Assembly: GCA_963743635.1 (NCBI GenBank)
Contig: CAVUQO010000002.1
Location: 416,001 to 480,000 of the forward strand
Length of the DNA stretch: 64,000 nucleotides
Direction of reading: 5' to 3'
From: Candidatus Babeliales bacterium
Lineage (GTDB): Bacteria > Babelota > Babeliae > Babelales > Vermiphilaceae
Made by a program: the position numbers and the translations under genes. Every line of letters begins with the position of its first letter. Position 1 is the first letter of the stretch. The notes beneath the pieces are model-generated. The model had not been told where the DNA came from and searched no databases. It saw only the letters and a program-made list of their open reading frames with translations. This document shows positions 51,089 to 61,761 of this stretch, in pieces.

Positions 51089-51613
51089 TTATGCGATAGA
51101 GCACATGCTTACTGAGCCAGTGATCTGATGCAATTTAGTATGTGCAAAATAATCTTCTGGATTATGCACCATGCCTATTTTTTCCATCACATTGCGGGAT
51201 TTTTTATTCATCGGGACAGTAAAAGAAACTATCTCTTCAAGCGCAAGCATTTCAAAACCAAACTGCAATACTGCTCGTGCTGCTTCGGTAGCATACCCTT
51301 TGCCGTGATATCGGGAATGCAAGCGCCAGCCAATTTCAACACATGGTGTAAAATATGCTTCAAACGTCGGAGTAGAAAGACCAACAAAGCCGATACATTC
51401 ATCAGTTTCTTTGAGCGTACATGCAAAAAAACCAAAACCTTTCTCCTCAATATGTGACTGAAGACGTTTCATAAGTATTTCGCTTTCCTCTGATGTTAAT
51501 GTTTTCAGAAAAAATTCCATGACCCATGGATCTTGGTTCATGGCGATAAAAACAGGAAGATCTTTCTCTTCCCACTGCCGTAATCGTAATCGCTCAGTTT
51601 CTATGTATGTCAT
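51089..51613 (-). CDS. GNAT acetyltransferase (RimJ/RimL-like), C-terminus probably frameshifted
   Basis: ETERLRLR, VEIGWRL..GKGYATEAA, N..S..VMEKIGM. Confidence 0.88.
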   Translation of the reverse strand: MTYIETERLRLRQWEEKDLPVFIAMNQDPWVMEFFLKTLTSEESEILMKRLQSHIEEKGFGFFACTLKETDECIGFVGLSTPTFEAYFTPCVEIGWRLHSRYHGKGYATEAARAVLQFGFEMLALEEIVSFTVPMNKKSRNVMEKIGMVHNPEDYFAHTKLHQITGSVSMCSIA

Positions 51614-51627
51614 GATTTATCCTCATT

Positions 51628-52161
51628 CTATTCTTTAAAATTAGGGTTGAACCATGCCATAGGAATATCAGATTCAAACTTTCCTGACACGCCCTTAATT
51701 CGCTTTTTGAATTCGCCTTCTCGCACAAATCCAAGCCGCTCATAAAGTCCGATGGCACGATTTGATTCTCGTGCAATAATCTCAACCCGCATGATGTCCG
51801 GCCTATGTTCTTTTATTTCATTCAACAGCGCGGTAAAAATGGAGCTTCCAACGCCAATGCCTTGAAAATCCGGATCCACTAAAATAGTTCCATCACCCAA
51901 AATGTGCGTAAATACTTTTGCGCCAAGTGTGTGCACAACCACAGAGCCAATTAATGCGTCGTTATGCTCTGCAACAAATACCAATCCTTTCTCAAGGGGC
52001 GAGCTCATTATTTTATCAATATATGCGTCGGTAATTTCATTCGCCGTTCTTGCAAGGCCACCTGGAATAGATGCCACTCTCACATATAATTTCTTGAGAT
52101 TGTCCCGATCACTGGGTTTTATTTTTCGAACGACATAGTCAATAGTAGTTTTTTCTTTCAT
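51628..52161 (-). CDS. GNAT acetyltransferase
   Basis: VDPDFQGIGVG, N.AI.LYERLGF. Confidence 0.88.
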   Translation of the reverse strand: MKEKTTIDYVVRKIKPSDRDNLKKLYVRVASIPGGLARTANEITDAYIDKIMSSPLEKGLVFVAEHNDALIGSVVVHTLGAKVFTHILGDGTILVDPDFQGIGVGSSIFTALLNEIKEHRPDIMRVEIIARESNRAIGLYERLGFVREGEFKKRIKGVSGKFESDIPMAWFNPNFKE

Positions 52162-52222
52162 TTTTTCTTACCTCTTCACGGCATGTATGCTTAAGCTCAA
52201 ATATCCAAAAAGATGCAAAAAG

Positions 52223-52861
52223 CTATTCTTTAAAGTTAGGATTGAACCAAGCCATGGGAATATCAGATTCAAATTTTCCAGAAACCCCCTTAATTTTCTT
52301 TTTAAATTCACCTTCTCGCACAAACCCAAGCCTTTCATAAAGTTTAATAGCAGGATTTGATTCTCGTGCAACAATCTCAATCCGTAAAATATCAGGCCGG
52401 TGATCTTTTACCTCATTCAATAAGGCAGTAAAAATTGAGCCCCCAATACCCATTCCCTGGAACTCAGGATCCACCAAAATACTACCCTCACTCATAACAT
52501 GTGAAAATACTTTTGGTTCAGGTTTGTATTTTATTACAGAACCAATTAAGGCGCCATTGTATTCTGCAACAAACATCAAACCCTTTTCAAGAGCCGCATT
52601 GATTGTTTTATCAATATATGAATCAGTGATCTCATCCGCTGTTCGCGCCAGGCCGCCTGGAATAGATGCAACTTTTATATAAAGCGCTTTGAGATTATCC
52701 CTATCACTCGTTTTTCCCTTGCGAACAATATACTCGATCTTAGTTTTTTCAGTTTTCTTTTGTTTTTCAATATTTTCTTCCGGTTTACTTGCTGATTGTT
52801 GCATGGCATATGATTGAGTCATGCCCATCAATACAATCACTAGAAAGATCTTATTTTCCAT
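52223..52861 (-). CDS. GNAT acetyltransferase with signal peptide; tandem paralog of 51628
   Basis: Signal ending SYA|MQQ; C-terminus IKGVSGKFESDIPMAWFNPNFKE identical to the neighbour. Confidence 0.88.
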   Translation of the reverse strand: MENKIFLVIVLMGMTQSYAMQQSASKPEENIEKQKKTEKTKIEYIVRKGKTSDRDNLKALYIKVASIPGGLARTADEITDSYIDKTINAALEKGLMFVAEYNGALIGSVIKYKPEPKVFSHVMSEGSILVDPEFQGMGIGGSIFTALLNEVKDHRPDILRIEIVARESNPAIKLYERLGFVREGEFKKKIKGVSGKFESDIPMAWFNPNFKE

Positions 52862-52885
52862 AGATATTCCCTTCCAATCTTGTCC

Positions 52886-53905
52886 TTAATTAATACTTAG
52901 TTTTTGCATTTTTTCTAATCGTGTAGGCTCTAATTTTATAAACCAATCATTTTGTGAAAGATCTTGGTATGCGAGCCCTGCAAACTGTTTTGCAAGTGCC
53001 AAATGAACTTCTGCCAATTCCTCATAAACCATGCCACGACCGACAGCGATTATCTCAGGCGGCAAAGTACCTTTTTTTGCTATTTCATCATACTCCGCAA
53101 GAACTGCTTGTTGAATAGTCAACGCCTCATCGAGTCGCCCCAGCGAACGGAGTGCACGCCCAATGCCCCATTTGGCGCCTCTGACAACAATTGCATCGCC
53201 TCGTTCTTGCCCATATTTTTTACATTCTTCGAATGCAGTAAGCGCTTTATCATACTGCTCATCTTGGATGTAAGCCTGCGCCAAATTATTATAAAGCGCG
53301 CCTAACCAAGCCTGCGCACGCGTGTTTTTTGATGCACGCGCTAACTCAATCGCCTTTTCATTCCATTTGATTTTGTCCTCAGGGCGTTTTTCAACAATCG
53401 CAATCATATGGGCAGCGTTGGCGGTATGAAAGTCAAAGCCATGCTGTGCGCTCAACTCATATGATTGCATGAAAAGCGGTAATGCTTTATCCACGTCGCC
53501 CGCTTGATGATATACACGTCCACGCTCAAGCAGTATTCTTACGCGTGCAAGATCGTATTCAGGGGTCAGCAATGCTTCTGCCGTATCCAATGTTTCATGC
53601 GCCTCAACGAATTTTTGCTGCATGGCTTGAACCAGCGCAATTTGAGATAGGATCTGCAAATATATTGATTTATCTTCTAAAGCTTGCGCTTGCGGAAGTA
53701 ACGCAGAGAGATTCTTCTCTATGTCTGGACCGCTGCCCGTAAAAAGTTCATCAAAATTCTCCAACGCACTGATCTTTTTTTCCTGATTGTTCTGATTCGT
53801 TTTAAAATATGACGATACACAATAACCTGCGATGATGCATGCTACAACAATGATGGCTAATTTATAATGCGATACTTTGTTGCGCTGAAGTTTGCGAGAT
53901 TTCAT
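52886..53905 (-). CDS. TPR-repeat protein with N-terminal TM
   Basis: LERGRVY..A..F..S, WLGALYNNLA..Y..AL..F, AKWGIGRALRSLG..EAL. Confidence 0.8.
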   Translation of the reverse strand: MKSRKLQRNKVSHYKLAIIVVACIIAGYCVSSYFKTNQNNQEKKISALENFDELFTGSGPDIEKNLSALLPQAQALEDKSIYLQILSQIALVQAMQQKFVEAHETLDTAEALLTPEYDLARVRILLERGRVYHQAGDVDKALPLFMQSYELSAQHGFDFHTANAAHMIAIVEKRPEDKIKWNEKAIELARASKNTRAQAWLGALYNNLAQAYIQDEQYDKALTAFEECKKYGQERGDAIVVRGAKWGIGRALRSLGRLDEALTIQQAVLAEYDEIAKKGTLPPEIIAVGRGMVYEELAEVHLALAKQFAGLAYQDLSQNDWFIKLEPTRLEKMQKLSIN

Positions 53906-53924
53906 CGTTTTTCCTTTTTATAGA

Positions 53925-54659
53925 TTATATAGAATCGTATATCGCGTGACTGCTTTTCTTGTGATAAGCCCAGTAGCGATCGCCAAAGGACCAGTGCCAA
54001 TATTCGGTAGGATAATTTACAAATCCAACCGCTTCCAATACTTCGCACATAATTTTTCTATATGATTGCGCCTGCATTGAGATTTTATCTGAATGGGTAG
54101 CTGATAGTTCGCCGGTCGTATCAGACATCCAATCTTTCACACAAATGCCCATATCGACGATATTGCCTGCATCATCAATTAAATAAACATCAAAGGCGCC
54201 GCCTGTTGAATGGGGAGGAATATTGGTTGAGCCATCTTTATTGATAACAGGAGATACAAGCTTAGTAGTTTCTTCAAAACATTGCTCTTGGCTCAATTCT
54301 GGATGCAACGCTTGCAGCTTTTGATAGCGATCGTCGAACAGTTTTTTCTGCGTCGATAAACTTCTATAACTTTCATAGATGCAGAAAGATAATCCCTGCG
54401 GCAATAATGCTTGAGCCTCTTTCAATTTGGTGTACACGGCCAGACGCATCTTGGTGTAATCCTGATTATCAGGGATTTCGGGCGATGGACCATACGCGAT
54501 GATTGTCTGATCTTTTAAATCGATGAGTGGCTCATGATTTTCAATAATGGGCACTTGTAATACACGCGAATCTGCTATGAGAACTATGGGATTTGATGTA
54601 GCGTCTGGATGCATATTGTAGGTGTTTAGAAGAACGGTCATTATAAAAATCCTGTGCAT
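53925..54659 (-). CDS. M15 family D-Ala-D-Ala dipeptidase
   Basis: YESYRS..Q, PPHSTGGAFDV, DMG, EYWHWS.GD..WA. Confidence 0.88.
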   Translation of the reverse strand: MHRIFIMTVLLNTYNMHPDATSNPIVLIADSRVLQVPIIENHEPLIDLKDQTIIAYGPSPEIPDNQDYTKMRLAVYTKLKEAQALLPQGLSFCIYESYRSLSTQKKLFDDRYQKLQALHPELSQEQCFEETTKLVSPVINKDGSTNIPPHSTGGAFDVYLIDDAGNIVDMGICVKDWMSDTTGELSATHSDKISMQAQSYRKIMCEVLEAVGFVNYPTEYWHWSFGDRYWAYHKKSSHAIYDSI

Positions 54660-54756
54660 GAATTCGAATCTCGTTTTTATAGTATAGGCACTGTAATAAT
54701 CATTAATATATCTCATTTTAACGCAGAATCGTAGAAAAACTCTAAGCTACAAAAAA

Positions 54757-54795
54757 AGAGAGCCTTTTTCAATCGAGGAAAAAGGCTCTCAAAAA
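54757..54795. terminator. Terminator
   Basis: GAGAGCCTTTTTC-loop-GAAAAAGGCTCTC. Confidence 0.7.
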
Positions 54796-54811
54796 ATTAT
54801 ATGATCTTGAA

Positions 54812-55372
54812 TTACAAAGATTTGTTCGTATTAATCTGCACTTCTATTGGTTTAGTTTCTTTAGATTTAAGGAACCATTCAAGAACACTGTCTTTAAGTG
54901 CTGGATTTTCTAACGATTTTTGTGGGAACGTTGGTTGCGATACATGACGTTGAAGCATGCGCGCTGCTTTTTGAGCATGAGATAAGGATCTTACTCCTAA
55001 CGCACCAGTGGCAACCGCAATACCTGCGGACATAGCAGCAGGCGCAATCAAATCCTCTGTTTTGCCACCACCTGAAATGGTCATCCCCCATTCTAGTCCG
55101 AGGGCCATCGTAGAGGCCATTGCGAATAGAGCGCCGCTGGCCAAACCTGCAAGGCCTAAAACTCGGTTGCCAATTTTGAGATAACGCAGTTTTTTTAAGG
55201 TGCCTTCAGGATGAGCTTCATAACGCGCCGTGTGGCGTCCGTGAGTGTCTTCATAATTATGCGTAACCTCAGCAACTGCTGGGCTGGTAAGGGGGCTGGC
55301 ATGTAGCAATTCTGCTGGCAATGCGCCGAAAGCCAGAATGAATGCAATTGTTTTGATGATATTTTTGTTCAT
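54812..55372 (-). CDS. Secreted protein with central hydrophobic hairpin
   Basis: Signal ending LHA; two Gly/Ala-rich hydrophobic helices. Confidence 0.65.
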   Translation of the reverse strand: MNKNIIKTIAFILAFGALPAELLHASPLTSPAVAEVTHNYEDTHGRHTARYEAHPEGTLKKLRYLKIGNRVLGLAGLASGALFAMASTMALGLEWGMTISGGGKTEDLIAPAAMSAGIAVATGALGVRSLSHAQKAARMLQRHVSQPTFPQKSLENPALKDSVLEWFLKSKETKPIEVQINTNKSL

Positions 55373-55688
55373 ACATTGGTCCCTGAGTGTATTTTTGATA
55401 TGTTTTTTCATTGGTTTAATAGTATCATAGAGCCTTATTTTTACAATGGAGACCTATAGATTTGGTACGAAAAATACCATTCATGATATAATGGCATGCA
55501 AGAGGTGGTAAAGGCTTCCCTATGCCAGTACCCACGGTACGCAATCTCACCAAGATATGGGGGGTAAGGAGTTTTTGGAGTAACTTTGATAATCATGCAA
55601 AACTTGTATTATACCTGAAAATTGGCTATTATTTCTGACGGATTAGTAAAGCGATTAATAATTTGTCAGAAAATTAAGGGGTTAATAA

Positions 55689-56876
55689 ATGCTCATAAAA
55701 AGAAATTTATCGAAGAAAGTTCTTGAAGCGGCATTCGAGTATCCGGTTGTTGCAATAATGGGTCCTCGCCAATCAGGGAAAACTACGTTAGCGCAACTTT
55801 CATTTCCCAAACATCGTTATATTTCTTTAGAAGATCATGATATTCGCGCAATAGTCCAAGAAGATCCACGGAGATTTTTGACCGATTATCCCACCAAAGC
55901 AGGCATAATCTTAGATGAGATTCAACATGCGCCGCACCTTCTTTCTTATATACAAACCATTGTTGATCGCGAAAAAAAGATGGGGTATTTCATTATTACT
56001 GGATCACAAAATTTCTTGGTAGATGAATCGATAACGCAAACATTGGCTGGCCGTATGGCTGTTTTGACCCTCTTGCCGCTCTCTTTGTATGAGCTTGAGA
56101 AAGCAGATCTCTTGCCAGAAAAAATGGAAACTATGATCTATAAAGGTTCATATCCAAGAGCTCATGCAGAAAAGATATCCATCGATCGCTTATATAAAAA
56201 CTATATAAGGCTGTATATAGAGCGGGATGTTCGGATGATTAAAAATGTTTCTAATTTAAACACATTCGGCAAGTTTATGCGTCTTTGCGCAAATCATATT
56301 GGCCGCGAAGTAAATCTATCAGCATTGGGCGGAGAATGTGGCATTGATTATAATACGGCCAAGGCATGGATCTCAGTTCTTGAAGCAAGCTATGTTATAG
56401 TTTTACTTCAGCCCTATTATAAAAATTTTGGCAAACGACTCATTAAATCGCCAAAGCTCTATTTTATTGACACCGGCATTGCCTGCAATTTACTTAAAAT
56501 TCGCTCTGCTCAAGAACTTACTGATCATTATCTGCGTGGTGAGCTTTTTGAGTGTTTAATGATATCCGACCTTTTAAAACAGCAATACAACTTAGAACAA
56601 GAGCCAAGCTTGTATTTTTGGCGCGATCAGGGACAGCATGAAATTGATTGCATTATTGATACATCCAACTATCAAATCGCTCTGGAAATCAAAGCAAGTA
56701 AAACGGTGTCAAAGTCATTTTTTGAACAACTTGAATACTGGAAAGACATTACTCAACAAACAGAGGCGCCACGGTATTTACTCTATGGAGGCTCAGAGAA
56801 TCATTCATGGAACGAGATAAAAGTTATCAGCTGGAAATCAACAGGGAATTTAATAAAAAAATTAACGCAGCATTAA
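55689..56876 (+). CDS. AAA+ ATPase with DUF4143 domain
   Basis: GPRQSGKTT, LDEIQ, TGS..LAGR, KSPKLYFIDTG, FWRD..EID..EIK. Confidence 0.9.
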   Translation: MLIKRNLSKKVLEAAFEYPVVAIMGPRQSGKTTLAQLSFPKHRYISLEDHDIRAIVQEDPRRFLTDYPTKAGIILDEIQHAPHLLSYIQTIVDREKKMGYFIITGSQNFLVDESITQTLAGRMAVLTLLPLSLYELEKADLLPEKMETMIYKGSYPRAHAEKISIDRLYKNYIRLYIERDVRMIKNVSNLNTFGKFMRLCANHIGREVNLSALGGECGIDYNTAKAWISVLEASYVIVLLQPYYKNFGKRLIKSPKLYFIDTGIACNLLKIRSAQELTDHYLRGELFECLMISDLLKQQYNLEQEPSLYFWRDQGQHEIDCIIDTSNYQIALEIKASKTVSKSFFEQLEYWKDITQQTEAPRYLLYGGSENHSWNEIKVISWKSTGNLIKKLTQH

Positions 56877-56921
56877 AACATAATTGCGCAATCTTAACAA
56901 CTACGTAATAAGGCATAATGT

Positions 56922-57473
56922 ATGAATGAAATAATTACTTCACGACTTAGGTTAAGCTTGGCTCATGAAATCAATTATCTAAGGCTGAAAGAATTTGAGC
57001 AACGCAATGTTGATCATTTAGCTCCCTGGGAAACAATCGTTAAAGATGTTTCTGATGACGTATACAAAAATCGATTAAGTCTTTGGGAAAAAGAATTTGA
57101 GGAAGGTCGCGCTGTTCGATTTTTTTTATTTTTGAATGATGATTCAAGTGAGCAGCTGATTGGTATGTGTAATTTTAGCAATATCATACGTGGCCCTTTC
57201 CAAGCTTGTTACTTAGGTTATAAAATTGACTACGCATACGAAGGCAAGGGATTGATGACTGAAGCGCTCAAAGCGGCAGTTGACCATATGTTTGGAGAAT
57301 GCAATCTCCATCGCATTATGGCAAATTATATGCCAACAAACATAAAGAGCGGTCAGCTTTTAGCGCGCCTCGGCTTCACGGTAGAAGGCGAAGCAAAACA
57401 ATATTTGTTTATTAACGGCAAATGGGAAGATCATATAATGACGTCCTTAATCAATAAAAATTGGAAGGCGTAG
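56922..57473 (+). CDS. RimJ-like N-acetyltransferase
   Basis: HLAPWE, NIIRGPFQACYLGY, GKGLMTEAL, LHRIMANYMP.N..S, INGKWEDH. Confidence 0.88.
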   Translation: MNEIITSRLRLSLAHEINYLRLKEFEQRNVDHLAPWETIVKDVSDDVYKNRLSLWEKEFEEGRAVRFFLFLNDDSSEQLIGMCNFSNIIRGPFQACYLGYKIDYAYEGKGLMTEALKAAVDHMFGECNLHRIMANYMPTNIKSGQLLARLGFTVEGEAKQYLFINGKWEDHIMTSLINKNWKA

Positions 57474-57478
57474 ACCTT

Positions 57479-58417
57479 ATGTCAGTACTCAAAGTACGCA
57501 ATCTCACCAAAACATTCAGCTCCGGCTTTTGGCCATTTAAGAAAACGCAAACCTACACCGCCGTGAATGATATTTCTTTTGAATTGAACAAAGGCGAAAT
57601 TCTTGGTTTTCTCGGGCCGAATGGCGCGGGTAAAACGACCACCATTCAAATGCTGCTGGGCACCCTCACATCAAGCAGTGGAACAATCAGTTATTTTGGC
57701 GATGACTTTGCGCAGCATCGCATTGCAGCACTCACAAAAATTGGGTACGCAAGCGGGTATGATAAACTGCCGGCTCGCTTACTGTAATTGAAAATCTTGA
57801 TATTGTCGGGCGCATTTATGGCATTCCTCAACCGCAGCGTGCTCAAAAGATTGAAAAGCTATTACGATTTTTTGGCATTTGGGATAAGCGTGATCGCATC
57901 AACCGGATCGCTTTCCGCTGGGCAAGCAACGCGCGTCATGCTCGCTAAAGCATTCATTGCCGATCCTGAAATCGTATTGCTCGATGAACCAACTGCTTCA
58001 CTTGATCCGGACGTTGCGCACGAAGTGCGTCAGTTTATTCTGGCGCAACGCAAGGAACGCGGTATCTCCATTCTCATCACCTCGCACAATATGGATGAAG
58101 TAACGGAACTCTGCGATCGCGTATTGGTACTTAAAAAGGGCGCCATTATTGCCGACGATGCACCAGAATCACTGGCCCGTTCAATTTCAAAGGTACGCGT
58201 TCATCTGACGATCTCAGACGAACTTGATCGCGTTATCGCCTATCTGCGTGATGCGCAGGTAACGCATACTGCACATGCAACGCAACTCACCATCGAACTT
58301 GATGAACATGCCATCGCACAGTTTCTAATGCAGTTAGCTGAGCGAAAGATTACCTACTCACATATTTCAATTGATAAGCCGACGCTTGAGGATTATTTCT
58401 TAACCATCGCAAAATGA
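57479..58417 (+). CDS. ABC transporter ATP-binding protein, frameshifted ~57785-57900
   Basis: [33 protein letters not shown]. Confidence 0.9.
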
Positions 58418-58465
58418 TCCGCCGCCGCCGAGGCTACGGCGTGATAATAGAAAGGAATTAATTAT

Positions 58466-59254
58466 ATGATTTCATTTTCACCAATCTGGGCAATTGTAGT
58501 GCGCCATGCGCGTACCTGGCGCAGAGACCCTAACTTCTTGTTGGGCGGATTCTATTGGCCCGTACTTGATATATTGATCTGGGGATTTTTAGGATCGTGG
58601 ATCCAACAAACGGCCCATTTTCAAAATTATGAAATCGTTGCATTGCTCGGCGTATTATTGTGGCAAATAGTGGGCAGAGGCTGCAATGTCATGGCCATTG
58701 TACTCTGTGAAGAACTGTGGGCAAATAACGTAGTGAACCTCTTTTCTCTCCCACTGCGCACCATTGAATGGATGTGTGGCGCAGTACTTTTCTACGGAAT
58801 CATGATCTCAATGACTTCCCTGGTGTGCATGTCCTTTGTAGCATTATTGTATGACGTATCGATGTGGTACTTGCTTTCAACGTTTCTCATTTTTATGCCA
58901 CCACTCTTTATTTCGGGTGTTTGGCTTGGATTTACCTGTTTGCAGATCATCGTTACGCTCGGCAAAAGAGGTACGGAACTTGGCTTTGTGATTGCATGGT
59001 TCTTAATGCCATTTAGTGGCGCATACTATCCGATTGACGTATTGCCGCGCTGGGGACAAATGATCAGTGCATGGTTGCCGATGAGTTACGCCTTTCAAGG
59101 CATGCGCGGATACGTGATGCATCAGCAAGATCCAACTTGTTATCTGTTGAAAGCATATGCACTGGGCATACCGTATGCGATTATCGCAATCCTCTTATTT
59201 GTCTATTGCTTTAACCGCAGTAAGGAACGTGGCCTCGCCCGCTTGGCGGATTAA
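58466..59254 (+). CDS. ABC-2 type transporter permease
   Basis: About 6 TM; FSGAYYPIDVLP.W..LPMSYAF..MR. Confidence 0.88.
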   Translation: MISFSPIWAIVVRHARTWRRDPNFLLGGFYWPVLDILIWGFLGSWIQQTAHFQNYEIVALLGVLLWQIVGRGCNVMAIVLCEELWANNVVNLFSLPLRTIEWMCGAVLFYGIMISMTSLVCMSFVALLYDVSMWYLLSTFLIFMPPLFISGVWLGFTCLQIIVTLGKRGTELGFVIAWFLMPFSGAYYPIDVLPRWGQMISAWLPMSYAFQGMRGYVMHQQDPTCYLLKAYALGIPYAIIAILLFVYCFNRSKERGLARLAD

Positions 59255-59432
59255 CCGGCATTTGGCTCTTGGCAGCACTTTATGTTGGCAAGAAGAACGC
59301 ATAGCTAATTGCTGATAACGAAATCATTGAGGAACGCTCTCAATATCTAAATAAATGCGCCCAGAAAGCTTCATAGTTTTCTGGGCGTTACTTTATGTTG
59401 ATCGGAGCTTCATCATCGTTGATGTCGAGTGC

Positions 59433-60203
59433 CTATGATGAGGAATCTTCCGCATAGCGATCTTTTAGATACTGACTCCAATAGGCAGGGTAATGGCAGC
59501 TGATCCATGAATCAACAGCACAGCGATCTTCAGGCGATATTTTTTTTGAATGATAGAGCACGTCATTTATGGTTGGTCGTGAGTCTTTATATAACGAGCT
59601 CGAGGCGGCTTGATGCTGTTCATAATCGCGCATGAAAAGATCTAAGCGATCGCATGGTTCTTGAAGAAAATCAAGTATGTTTGCAAGTGTTTGCCGCGGG
59701 TTTAATAACAAATCTTCGTAGTAGACTAATAATCTCTTCTGGTGATTCCAAGTTTCATAGATCTCAAAATTTTCAAAATACACCTCAATAGGGTATCCCT
59801 TGCCAGCAAGTTTGGACATGCGGCGCGATAGGCCCTTAAGACCCTGACGAGCAAAGGTCTCTTTTGGATTGCGCAGGATAAAGATTAATTTGTCAGTATC
59901 GGTAACACTGCCCACTATCTCGCGATGGCAGTGAATTTTCTCGATCGGTGTTTTGAGCAGATCAAGTTTGAATTCTGTTGTGAATCCTAATGGCTGCTGA
60001 GTGAAATATGATAATCCCATACGGCTGAGTGAAGGGCGCTGCGTTAAAAATTCTAAGCAATAGCGGAGCCAGGTATTGCCCGAGCGGGGATAGGATAAGA
60101 GCAATACGCGCTCGCCTGGTCGGTCAAGATTCTTAACTACCTGATCAAGCTCGGGCGTAAATCCACCGATACAAGATATGCTGATCAGAAAAGCAAATAC
60201 CAT
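59433..60203 (-). CDS. Sulfotransferase-domain protein
   Basis: 5'-PSB loop SYPRSGNTWLR, KIH, RNP, YYEDL..P. Confidence 0.82.
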   Translation of the reverse strand: MVFAFLISISCIGGFTPELDQVVKNLDRPGERVLLLSYPRSGNTWLRYCLEFLTQRPSLSRMGLSYFTQQPLGFTTEFKLDLLKTPIEKIHCHREIVGSVTDTDKLIFILRNPKETFARQGLKGLSRRMSKLAGKGYPIEVYFENFEIYETWNHQKRLLVYYEDLLLNPRQTLANILDFLQEPCDRLDLFMRDYEQHQAASSSLYKDSRPTINDVLYHSKKISPEDRCAVDSWISCHYPAYWSQYLKDRYAEDSSS

Positions 60204-60204
60204 G

Positions 60205-61521
60205 TTAACGTGGTTGCATAATAGTAACGCTTGCAGCAGGTGATACAACGCCAACTCCATCAGTGCCGGTGACATAATAACTATGCGTACTGCCTGGAAG
60301 TACATAGTCATAAAACACTAATGGTGCTGTTGCAGGAATGGTTGCAGCAAGATCAGTGAGCGCAGCATCACGGTAGATGTTATAGGTAACCGGAAGGGGT
60401 AAGCTTGGCGCTTGCCATGTAACACGATTTATTGGTTTTGCTTGCAAAAGAAATCTATTGCGCAGCGCAGCACCTTGCAGATTTGCCGGCGCTGAAACAG
60501 GAAGCGCTATCACGCTCAATGTCGAGGTCGTGGAAGAATAGTTTGAAACGTAAGCTAGTTGGCCGTCAGGCGTTATTGCCAGGCCGCCTGGTGCAGAAAA
60601 TCCGTCGATTGTCGCAATGATGGTATTACTTGCAATATCTACGACGCTTACTGTGGTGGTATTAGAATTTGCAACGTATGCATATTGCCCGGACGGCGTA
60701 ATGGCGATGGCATCGGGCTGATTAAATCCATCAATCGTACGTACAATAAGATTAGTGGTGGTATCTATTATACTGACGGTCGTACTATTACCATTAGCAA
60801 CGTATACATATCGGCCATCGGAAGTTATGGCTATGCCGAAAGGGCCGTTAAAGCCCGCAATAGTGTCTGTGACGGTATTAGAATTTATATCAATAACACT
60901 TACTGTAGTGGTGCCAGAATTAGTAACATATGCATACTGTCCATTGGGCGTTATAGCGATAAGTCCTCCACCATTAAACGGGCCATTCAATCCAGGCGTA
61001 GATAACACAGTATTGCTTGCGATATCGATCACCGTAACCGTGGGAATGTAGTAATTGGAAACATAGGCATATTTGCCATCTGGTGTTATTGCAATACCAT
61101 TGGGGCCGTGAAAGAAGGATCCGACTAAGCCTGGTGCTGGGAGCACTGTGTTGGTAGCTATGTCAATCAGACTCACCCAATATGCGCCGCCATTGGTAAC
61201 ATACGCATACTTACCATCGGGTGTTATAGCGACATACGCTGCGAACGAGGGCGCGTAGGGGGTGCCTAAGGAAAGCCCCGGCGTGTTGAGCACTGTGTTG
61301 GTGGCTACATCTACCACATTCACATAAGGCCCGCCCCCGCCATTATTACATACGTAAAGATATTGACCATCAGGGGTGAAGGCCAAGCCTTCAGGATTTT
61401 GAAATCCGTTAATCGTATTGATTAGTGTGTTGGGAATTGTTGCACAAAAAGACGCGTGGGCAAAGATCAACAGTGATGTGCCACAGATTATGCGCGTCAA
61501 TAATGATTGAATGGGTTTCAT
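60205..61521 (-). CDS. Secreted YVTN/YncE-type beta-propeller with C-terminal FN3-like domain
   Basis: GIAITPDG.YAYV.N..VSVID repeats; NRFLLQAKPINRVTW..YNIYRD. Confidence 0.9.
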   Translation of the reverse strand: MKPIQSLLTRIICGTSLLIFAHASFCATIPNTLINTINGFQNPEGLAFTPDGQYLYVCNNGGGGPYVNVVDVATNTVLNTPGLSLGTPYAPSFAAYVAITPDGKYAYVTNGGAYWVSLIDIATNTVLPAPGLVGSFFHGPNGIAITPDGKYAYVSNYYIPTVTVIDIASNTVLSTPGLNGPFNGGGLIAITPNGQYAYVTNSGTTTVSVIDINSNTVTDTIAGFNGPFGIAITSDGRYVYVANGNSTTVSIIDTTTNLIVRTIDGFNQPDAIAITPSGQYAYVANSNTTTVSVVDIASNTIIATIDGFSAPGGLAITPDGQLAYVSNYSSTTSTLSVIALPVSAPANLQGAALRNRFLLQAKPINRVTWQAPSLPLPVTYNIYRDAALTDLAATIPATAPLVFYDYVLPGSTHSYYVTGTDGVGVVSPAASVTIMQPR

Positions 61522-61761
61522 TTTTACTCTCCTAAAAACATGCTTTTTATGGAGCATATCTGAGGTGCCGGGCCATGTAAATAGACCTTATGCAAACAAT
61601 CAAAATAAGCTGATTTTATAACATATATATTCACGTACCCCTAGAAGCCTTCTCCTTGAACCTGGACCGATGGGGGGGGGGTTGAATTATATTTTCAATT
61701 TGATAATATGGTAGTAGGATAGTAAAAACTTAGATTTAACCTATTTTTAGGGAAGGTAACT

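Noticed and set aside
55490..55570. Possible riboswitch or ncRNA (TGGCAT..ATGCCA stem)
   Set aside because: Only a weak single hairpin; no recognisable family and no second copy.
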